Source of the DNA: Rhodosorus marinus CCMP1338 | Lineage: Eukaryota; Plantae; Rhodophyta | Assembly (NCBI GenBank): GCA_029953675.1 | Contig: JAMWBK010000008.1 | Span: 1,240,001-1,304,000, forward strand | Reading direction: 5' to 3' | Length of the DNA: 64,000 nt | Part shown: positions 54,864 through 64,000 of the stretch, in pieces | Layout of the letters: the number at the start of each line of letters is the position of its first letter | Position numbering within the stretch: position 1 is the first letter of the stretch | Notes under the pieces: generated by a model | The model's input: only the letters and a program-made list of their open reading frames with translations | Database searches by the model: none | Told to the model about the DNA's origin: nothing | Position numbers and translations under genes: made by a program

Positions 54864-56664
54864 TTAAGGGTTCGCCCGCTCTTGATCGTCTTCGGCCGAT
54901 GCATCATCCTCGCTCTCCATGTTCACATCACCGCGGATATCTCTTTCCGAAGCCCCTCGATCGTCGTCATCCTGCTCGTCTGATTCAGAATTGGGCAGGC
55001 TATCACCCTGTGTACCTGGGTCCCTGCTAGTTGCATCTCCGTTGCTGTCCTCGCCATCCGCGCTCATTCCCGAGCTTCCCGAATGGCCTTTCTGGTCATC
55101 CTCGCTGTCCACGTCCTTCTGTTCGTCTACGTCTCTGTCATCGCCTTCCTCCCCGTCCGTATCCATCTCAGTATCGCCTTCTGTAGTTCCGGCCTTGTCA
55201 ATTTCCATGTCATCCACGTCGTCGTTGTTGACGGGATCTTCGACGTCGTCCTCAGCCTCGTCGTCATCAGCATCTCCAACTTCGTGCTCATCGTCTGAAG
55301 TCTTCGCGTCCTTTTGCTCGATCTCCTTTCCAATGTTTTCAGCTTCTTCTTCTTCCTCGTCCTCCTCATCCCCGTCGGCTTCGCCATGGGCGTCCCCGTC
55401 TTTGCCGAGTTCGTGTTCGGCGTCTTCTTCGTCATTGGCTTGATCTTCCTCCATGCCCTCGTCTTCCTTTGCTCGTGAAGAATTGTTGGTCTTAGCGCCG
55501 AGAACTCCCGGATACGAATCGTCGGGGACATCATCAGGATTGTCATCGACGTCTCCAACGGCGCTATGATCCTCTTCGGCATCTGCTCCCTCGTCATCCG
55601 CATCTTCCGACTTGACTGCGTTGTTACTGTTATCGACATGAGCTGTCCCTTTCGTATCCTGGGCATCCTGGCGCCTTACGAAACACACATTGTTCAAAAG
55701 CAGAGACAGGCTTCGAACCACAAGTCCACCGGTTGACCACTTCAGTTCCTCCCACTTGAGATCGCCATAAACTTCAATTGCATCGTTCAGGCCCAGTGGA
55801 AACTCGACGTCGGATTCAAATATAAGCTGAACAGTAGGATCAACTACTTTCTTCAGCTTATAGAGGTAATCGTGATTTGGCAGATCCTATTCAGGAAACG
55901 AGTTTGCGAGTTTGAAGAGATAAGAATGAGAGCCGGAATTCTCAATTGCTCATTTCGATAAGACGGTCCGGATATACCTGCTTTTCGCTCAAGTCTCGGG
56001 ACAGCTCAAACCTCTCTGCACCGCACTCCACGACAATCACATGGGAAAAGAGCCGCGAAAACAGCCACTGGGATGTATCTGGGGAAGTGTCCGCGACGTG
56101 CGTGATGCTGTACGGAACCACGGTCTCTCCAGAAAGACTGAACACAAATGGTCGACCAGAAAAAGGGTCAACAGGTCCGGCTTCGAGAATGCCAGGTGGT
56201 TTCTTCGGTACTTTTCTCACGAACGATGGCCACAACTGCTGCCTGCTGAAATTGCCGTCCCGTGATAGGGTCCAGGCGTCGACAATGGAAACCCGACGAC
56301 CGCTGTAGTTGCTCTCCCGGGAACGGGACCTCAGATTGTTCCTCTCCGTCCCCCGAAAGTTAGATGAATCATTCGGGAGCAGTTCCAGGAGTACGATTAA
56401 CTCTTCGAGTCCCAACGGCACCGGCTCTATTGGTCGAACGTAGCCACAGTGCTGCAGCATTGCGATCAAGTCTGAGTCCTCTGTATACACATCTGTTCCC
56501 CACAGTCGTCGATGTTCGATACCATCATTCTTTGAGGTGAAGAATTCCACAGGCACACGAACCTCGAGGTTTGAGGACGGTGCCGTGTCCGCGGGTAGCG
56601 AGAAAAGCGGTCGATAGATGAATTTTCGAACAGAAGGAAGGATTTCGAAACGTGTATTCGACAT
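54864..56664 (-). CDS. RXT3-like histone deacetylase complex protein with a long acidic tail (spliced)
   Basis: RRLWGTDVYTEDSDLIAMLQHCGY, RSRS, DLKWEELKWSTGGL, then a D/E-rich low-complexity region (55721-54864). Confidence 0.75.
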
Positions 56665-57464
56665 AACTACTTTTCACATGCATCGATTAACGAAAGAAAT
56701 TCTATGCGAACACAACCAAAGCCCTGCAATTTTCACGCGACCGGGAAATCCACATCAGAGGTCCCCCTGTGGTGCTCTTGGAAAATCACAGCATTCCCCA
56801 TACGCCTTCCCCCGATTGTCCACACTCCAGACCACCAGCCCCTTATTCAGAACTCCGAGTCCAATATCGACACAGAGGAATTGCCATAGTTCAGTCCTCG
56901 CACTCGATGCCATGCCCAGAACCCCGTGACCAACCTTTCTCAGCTGGAGATCGGGTCATCGCCCAGAAAATTCCTTGGGTCAATGAATGGACAAGGCAAA
57001 AGCCAATGGCGGGTGGATGAAAAAACCTGTGGGCGGGAAAATGGGCTTGCCAGACTAAGCTCGTCCAAGACTTCGTTGTTTACTAGGACAAGCGGAGTCT
57101 TTGCTTCTAGAAGGAGGAGACAGAAGCAAGGCTTGAGCGGAGCGTGATGGTACTAAGGTCATGAGCCTTAATCGAATAGCTTGGTTCATTTCCTTTCGAA
57201 ACGCTGGGTAAATGGAAAGCAGCCGCGTTGGAGGGAGGAACGTTTGTCTGGGGTTGTCCCTGGTCCCGCCCCTCTTTCGTTTGGGGCCTTTTCTTTTATC
57301 GAATGGACACCGCCTGGAAGAACAACTATCTAACCGGTTACTTGCCATTTGCGCAGAAGTCTTCTGCAAGCGCAGCGCCGCACTCAGTAGCAACTTTGTT
57401 TATACCGGCTGATCCAGGATCATTTCATCTACAGAATAATGATAATATTAGTGAGATAATCTAC

Positions 57465-59405
57465 CTACTTCGCGCGGCTGAACTCTGCCATCACTGCAAC
57501 GTGATCTGAACTACGTCGCTTGTTAGGCATACCCCGCGCAGAATCCGCTAGAATGTCTTTCTCGTCCGGTACTTCAAGGACTGCAACGCAGACCAAGTTG
57601 GCGTGTGAGTACCAGACGTAGTCCAGTGTTCCTACAAAGTTGGCTGTGTAGTTCGTATATGCTGGCTCGCTCCCAATACATGTGTAGGAAGATCTCAGCG
57701 ACAAACCATGTGACAGCCTGCATGAGTCGAGAACTGAGTAGGTATCTTGGTCAATTTCGCCGTGAATGCCTCGGGTCAGCGCTCCCGTAGACACGAGTTC
57801 ATACACTGCGGAATCCGGCGGAGAATTGAGATCACCTGCGAACACGACTGAGGTCTGCTCCCCGAGACGATTAACAAGGCTTTCGATCTCCTCCAGAAAG
57901 GTATCAACCTGGAAAACCTTCACCTCAGACTTGTCTGGATCCCAATAAATATGAGTGTTTGCTATCACGGTGCATCCCGATCCGTCCAACTCGTCCAAGA
58001 CCACAAGCTGGCCTATATTTCCCTTGATAAGAACCTTCAGCGCTCTCGAATCCTTCAACTGCCGTGTATAGGCCGCATTGTTGAATTCTACGTCATGATG
58101 CTCTCGAACCGAGAACCTATGCTTCAGCCAAAAGGTTGCACAGCCATCGATCTTCCCCTTCATTCCCATTTCTTCCCGAGTCTTACTCTTGAAAACTCCT
58201 TGATACCCGAGACTACCCAGAACAGGCACGAAGTGCTCTTCAAAGTGATCAGCTTGGACCTCCTGCAGGCAGATTACGTCCGCACAGTACCCCTGGAGCT
58301 CACGAGTGAGGTTCTGGCGGCGATAGGTCCATGCAAGAGCCCACGTAGGACACCATGGGAAATGTTGAGGAGTGGTGTAAATTTCGGCGAGGCAATTATA
58401 CGAAATCACTCTGAACGTTCCAGAGGCACTGCTCCAACGCGCGAGCGCGGGGTAAAGCTCCCTCGTGAAAACGTTCACCATCAATCTTTCAGGGGGAGGT
58501 GGAGGAGCAGCTATTACTGAACGGCTCTCAGCTACTAACGGTGGGCCAATCTTGACTTCTCCCCTTGGGAGCCGATGTTCATACCTGATCCACAGCAACA
58601 AAAGCTGAGTTCCGGAAACGCGGAAAAAAAATCCCTTCCCAAAAAATCACAACAAATTGGAAAAGAACTCGATTCTTACCTGCAGACGAGATGCAGAACC
58701 TGTCCTATTTGGTCTTTGCTAGGAGTGTAGGACCGGCTCCAGCCAACCTCCTTCTTCTGAATGGGATTTATCTCGGGATCCTGCACCGCTTTGTTGAAAC
58801 CGATAGCTACCGTCCGAAGCAAATCATCTAGGTCAGCTACGAGGGCCTTGTCGCACCGGCCTTCTCCTTCCGCGACAGACTCTCCACCATTCTGCGCATT
58901 CTCTCGCGCTTGAATCCAACGCAACCTTGCCCATGACTCTTCGAAACACTTTCTTGAGCAGAAAAAGGTTTCAGGTAATACCTTGGCAGGCATGCTCTTG
59001 TCCTCGGCTATCAATCTGTATGGTACTGAAAACTGAAGTTTGGCCGGAAGTCGGCAATTGCGATTGGAACATGCGTACAGCTCGCTACAGGAAAACCAGC
59101 GGTATTGCAACCCCAGCGGACCTCTTTCAGATATGCAACCGAAGCGAACGGAGCGAGGTATCAACTTAGCGGATTATGCGCAATGCTCGACTCAATCATG
59201 GGAGTTACGTTAGTCTGGGGTTCAAAACGATTACCGCTTACCCGGGAGAGTTTTCTAGCGTATCTGAGGATTTGACATCTCCGTTGGGCATACGCATGAC
59301 TACATATGGCAGAATATCACAGCCTTCGACAGGTGTAGACGTATTTTTAAACTCAATCCGAAGCAGTTCCGGTTCCGTTTGGCCATTACCGGCCTCACCC
59401 CCCAT
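57465..59405 (-). CDS. CCR4: CCR4-type deadenylase (EEP family) with plant-like N-terminal domain; intron 59124-59241 and a second intron near 58600-58675
   Basis: ISYNCLA, DVICLQEVQ, ANTHIYWDP, GDLNS, GTLDYVWY, SSDH. N-terminus PVEGCDILPYV..LQYRWF..FCSRKCF..VGWSRSYTPS. Confidence 0.9.
59204..59222 (+). repeat. Exact 19-nt copy of the telomere-like repeat in CCR4 intron 1
   Basis: gttacgttagtctggggtt. Confidence 0.8.
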
Positions 59406-60522
59406 CGCGCGCAACCCCTTCCAGCCCCCAAGGATCCAGGTCGAGACGTTCCCGTGTCCGAGGGCAACGCACTTTCACGATCTAATGAACCCTCTACCGA
59501 ACTGAACAAGTGCTACTATCAGCATTGCGTTTCATTCCCCGAACTCCATGCTACAGCACTTTCGAACAAATTCCATCTCTGTTGCGTCAACTCATGACAT
59601 CTCTTATGGGGGAGATCCCAGATTGAGACCATTCCAAACCATGTTCGGACTAGGCAGGATCGGGAGCCTTCGGAATCGCCTTTGACCGAGAGACGCTGAG
59701 AACAAGTTGAGGAATTTTTCGGCCTCCAAGGGCTTTGCCACTTCTATACCCCACAAAATGGAAAAAGAGTGACGTCCTGTACGCTCGGCGGGTTCATCCC
59801 TGTCCATGTGTTACCACCATCTAGCCAGGACGTTAGGGTTGATGGTTCGCAACCGTTTCCAGGGTTTCTGCTTTACGAGTGTGACTGAATTTCGATCAAA
59901 GTGATCCGGTTTCAAAGATCTTGACGGAAGATTGATCAGACGCGTTCTTGAAAGAGGCGGTAGTTGGCGCTCCCGGAGTTCCTACGAAGTGCTTCGCCTT
60001 CGAAAACCGTCGTTTCCTCTATATGCAAGGTAAAACAACTGTGGACACTAAATCCAAACGTCTCTAGGCGGTGAACGCGCACGAGACGTCCATTATTTAC
60101 AGCAGACCAACTCTATTGGCAATCGCGTGTGAAATCTCATGCCCTCGTTGTTGGTCGCTTCACAGAATGCCAGGGTTGTTCATATCTAGCGAGACCTAAA
60201 CGTTGTTCTGATATTCGGATTTTGCTTTGATAACACACTCCAAGGCGCGTCCTTATGGTTTTCCTCAAAACCTCACGACTAATCGCATTGAAGAACTATC
60301 ACCCACGAGGATAAGTTGAAGCAACTCAGGAAAGGCGAGGAAAGAAAGATAATCGGCTTTTTGGTACACACAAAACCATCAAAAACCACGCTAACAGCAG
60401 AAAAAAGCCAGGTGGAACACATTCTAGCATGCTTTGTTAGTGCCGTCGGTGACCAAGGCATCGCAGTCTGGGTTTGTTGGGAGGACTGGTGACTTGGAAG
60501 GATGAAGTAAGGAACACGCATT

Positions 60523-61024
60523 ATGATGAACGGGGACAAAGTTCCACTAGCTGTTTGCTGCGGTGCAATTGTGTCGTTGACCATTCTCATTGGAACAAAG
60601 GCTCTTTGGCCAGTCGTAGGATTCGTTGCCGCGTTGATTCCTTGCCTGCGCACGCTGAAGGCACTTCGGGAAAAGAACGAGGATCACACTAGGTCCTGGA
60701 TTTCCTACTGGATTTTGTTTTCCTTTTGCTGCACTATTATTGACAAGCTTCTTCGGAACAAGTTTAGGTAAGAATTGGACCAACAGAAAAAGTTTCAGGC
60801 TCAGCTTGGGTTCCTTATTTGTATGCTTCTACATTGGAAATACCAGGAGCAAAGTTTGGTATTCGACGATGATCCTCATCTTTGCCTTGGCTCTATCTAG
60901 CAGTAATGCGGCCTTGAGCGGCCGCATGTTGGCTTTTCTATCTCACCAGCGCTACAATCAGTGGCTTATGAATGTCAGCTCAAGTAGCTCTAGCGGAGAT
61001 CCCGCCAGTGCACAAGCGAAATGA
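60523..61024 (+). CDS. TB2/DP1/HVA22 (REEP/Yop1-like) membrane protein, spliced
   Basis: LIPCLRTLKAL...DHTRSWISYWILFS resembles the family signature; a hydrophobic second exon follows gtaag. Confidence 0.55.
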
Positions 61025-61494
61025 GAAAGTTCCTGGTTATTACGTTGCTGTCGTTGTATAAAAGAAACAAGATTCGCGATCGCTGACCAACGGCCTTCAG
61101 AGTCGTAGGTATCTGGACCTATGACCTACGGCTGACAAATTAAATTTAGGAACTAGGAATCCCGGCAGCTAACTGCACTCGACGTGCAGATAAAAACACT
61201 CTCGAGAAAGGATTCTCTTCATGTTCCAATGGAAAACTATGCAACCCGGGGTGGTTGGCCTAGGGCCCAGAAAATGAAGACGCGTGCTGGGCACCCCGCC
61301 GTAGTATCTCAGAAGCTTAAGCACCACTGTCGCCTGTTCGTTTAAAACCCAAGGCCACAATCCAGATCCAGAAGCTTAATGTTTTTATTCACAGCCGCAC
61401 CTTTTTTACCCCCTAGTATAGATCCTCTATATGATGTTGTAATCAACATTGAGCGCGTGGTTACCCAGAACGTTGGTTCTTAATTGTCTCAACC

Positions 61495-64000
61495 CTAAGA
61501 CATGTCGCTCGAGTGCGAGTACAGTCGAAGCCGACTAAGCAGTCCAGCAATGGTTTTGGACGCAGACTCATGCGTAGATGTCGAGCCTACAGAATGCAAA
61601 GTCCTCTGCAATCGACTTTCAAACTCCTTACGCTGCTCATCATCCATTTGCGCAAGCGCGGTCTCAAGTCCCGCGATGACACCGGAAGAGCTTGTTTTCA
61701 CCATATCCGCCGTTCTCGTTGCTACCGCGCCTTCTCTCACGGTGTCCACGCGCATGTTGATCTGCTCCTCAGAATCCTCGAGCCATTGGAACACGGTTTG
61801 ATCGTCTTCATCGTACATTGAACCTAGAAAGCACAAGCAAATCCATTGAGTCAGGGAGCTAGCCAGTAACGGAGACAGAAGCCTCGATCACCAGCATATT
61901 CAAACAGGGAACACTATTTTTTGGCAAGATCGAACTGATCAGGGAGTGGCAAACCAACCTTCGAACACCCCCGATTGGTCCGCCCATCGTCTCAAGAGAG
62001 AATCAATTTCTCTTCCAGTCAGACTAGGTTCTGAGTCCCCAATCTGCTTTTTGATCCGCTGTTCCGCCAATCTCCTCTGTAGGCGCCAGTAGAAAAAGCT
62101 CCTCGCCTCCGTGCACGCGACGATCTTTTTCACAGCCTTCTTCGCCACCATTCTGCCGGGCGTGTCATGGAGATCAACAAACTTAATCGCGATCTATACA
62201 AAAGAGGAAAATTTTGAAGATGGTGAATCCTTAGCTTCGACTGTTTTGCCTCTGTCCAATTCTTTCCACAAACTCATGAAAAAGGAAGAGCCTTCCCAAC
62301 TACGAAAGGGGAAACCGATGGTACCTGTTTGTAGACCGGCAAGAGCTCAGCCTCTCTCGCGGCAATAGCGTCTCGTATTGACTGCCTCAGATTCTCATTT
62401 GGCACTGAGTATGAAGATGATTCCTTGCCGTCGTTCTCACTCCCCAAGCGGGCATGAAGCTCCTTCAATTTGGGATCCAGTCGTTGCATCGTCTTGAACA
62501 AATCACGACGGCGGTATTTAACTTCGACCGTTCCCTCTGGCTCTAATACCCCCCCTCGCGATGAACCGTCCGCATACATCTCGATCATTTCCGGGTTGAT
62601 GTTGGTGTCAACTACGACCCAAGCTCCTCCCCGTAACTCGCCTCCCGGAGGAATGTACACGAAGACCGGTTGCTTGTACTCGCTCAAGGCATCAACTATC
62701 AGCGAGCCGAACTTGAGCACTTCATCAAACATATCCCTCATACCCCCGGAGAATCCGCGCCAGTTGGCTACGACGAACAACGGAAGGCCCTCACGATTCA
62801 TATCCAGGATCGCCTGGGCTGTCTTGTGTGAAGAATCGGGGAACCAGACTTGTCCAGCCTGTTGCTCAACTCGCTCACGTGTTTCCGGGGAAGCGGGATC
62901 CGCCGGTGAGGTTTTCTCTACCGTTCGAGCCTCTACGGCGATGATGCCCAACGGTATCCCGCCCAGCCGTGCTCGACCAGTAACCACGGTTTTTGCCCAT
63001 CCCGAAACTGTTTCGATCCATGACCCTTTGTCGAAAATTCCTGTTTCCACGCCATTCCCGCAGATCAACAGCCGCGGGTCATACGGCATACCTCTTGACG
63101 GAGAATAAGTCACCCCCCTGTCTATTGGATCCAGTGGCTCGACAATAGGTAGGCGTCCATTTTTGCTTGACGGGACAAAGCTCAACCAGTCCAAAATCGA
63201 ACGCACACCCTCAACGTCGTCTTTTACAACTTGGTGCGTTACACCGTTTGGACTCATAATCTTCACTCCACCGAGCTGTTCATTACTGGCGTATACACTC
63301 CTTCCCAAGACCTTGTTGAGCGCGTTGAAGCCAGTGAGAATTATCGGGGCGTTCGATTCTCGCTGAATCACTCGCTGACCAAGTCTCACGAGATACGCAC
63401 CGATGCCAACGCTCCTTGCGGTGACGTAAGTCAGCGTGAAAGTTTCATTGTAAGCAATCGACGTTTCCCTTGCGATCAAAGCCGAACCCATGAGGTTCTC
63501 GACGCACAAGCCCTCACTGGCCCCGATCACGTCTGTGAGGTTTCCGTTCTCGTCAAACCGAGCCGTTTCCGCAAACTTGGAGAGGTCGTCCTTGTCCAGA
63601 TACAGATCCGTGAATCCCTTTGTAGGGTCCTCCTCGTTCACCCAGCGCACGTTGAATTCTTTCCGAATCTCATCCGCTATTCCAATTCTTGCTCCCGAAT
63701 TTGCCGCAATGTAGATTCTCGGAATTCCCTCTTCACGTGCAAGTCTGCTCGCCCGTTCAAACGCTGCATCCTCCTTCGGCCCGAAAGACCCAGACATGAA
63801 CGTGATATCGTTCGCGATAATGATAACATCTCGTCCACCAGGGAATTCAGGCGTGTACAACGTATACCTCCACACAACTATGCCGTGGTCATTAAGACCC
63901 GTCGGACGCTCCATGGGCTTCAGCACCCCCTCCTCGTCCAGAACGAGTTCGACCACTTTCAGGTGCTTAGCTGGAACCTTGTCTCTACGAAATCCACCTC
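61495..64000 (-). CDS. ACC1: Homomeric acetyl-CoA carboxylase, C-terminal carboxyltransferase part (runs off the window); introns 62194-62324 and 61824-61958
   Basis: ANDITFMSGSFGP, NSGARIG, ENLMGS, VGIGAYLVRLGQR, QQAGQVWFPDS, ANWRGFSGG, GELRGGAWVV, LEPEG, DLHDTPGRM, FFYWRL. Confidence 0.97.

Noticed and set aside
54919-55666. Ser-rich (+) and Thr/Arg-rich (-) ORFs
   Set aside because: Shadow frames of the acidic low-complexity tail of the RXT3-like CDS.
59100-59400. Telomerase RNA gene (the 19-mer has template-like 1.2-unit redundancy, AAC...AAC)
   Set aside because: It lies inside a 118-nt GT-AG intron whose removal restores the CCR4 frame. There is little room for a TR and no Pol III promoter was recognised. 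Not formally excluded without RNA data.

Overview
Eukaryotic nuclear DNA of about 50% GC with short spliceosomal introns. The gene set (RWP-RK factor, plant-type CCR4, RXT3-like protein, homomeric acetyl-CoA carboxylase) points to an alga; a unicellular red alga is plausible, but that is inference. The window has two compartments. (1) About 1-44.6 kb is a decayed, rearranged retroelement field. It holds CRE-like non-LTR retrotransposons with a restriction-like endonuclease (lineages called A, B and C here), two truncated Ty3/gypsy elements (one with a chromodomain), one tRNA-Glu and two secreted Cys-rich protein genes. (2) About 45.3-64 kb is ordinary gene-dense DNA: FG-GAP membrane protein, RWP-RK, TSR2, patatin-like lipase, RXT3-like, CCR4, HVA22-like and ACC. 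The main result is that lineage A/B elements form head-to-tail arrays separated by 1-4 copies of an unusual 16-bp G-rich repeat, TTACGTTAGTCTGGGG, with their 3' ends joined at the same position of that repeat. This fits a telomere-repeat-targeting retrotransposon system and a candidate non-canonical telomere motif. The repeat is G-rich on + at 10.5 and 16.7 kb but C-rich on + at 32-44.6 kb, resembling a telomere fusion or inversion scar. Other notable items are a tRNA-Glu/LINE-3' chimera, a 240-bp fold-back palindrome, conserved 3'-UTR hairpins and a 19-nt copy of the repeat in the first intron of CCR4. No database search was run, so lineage names and novelty are unverified, and element boundaries were read by eye.
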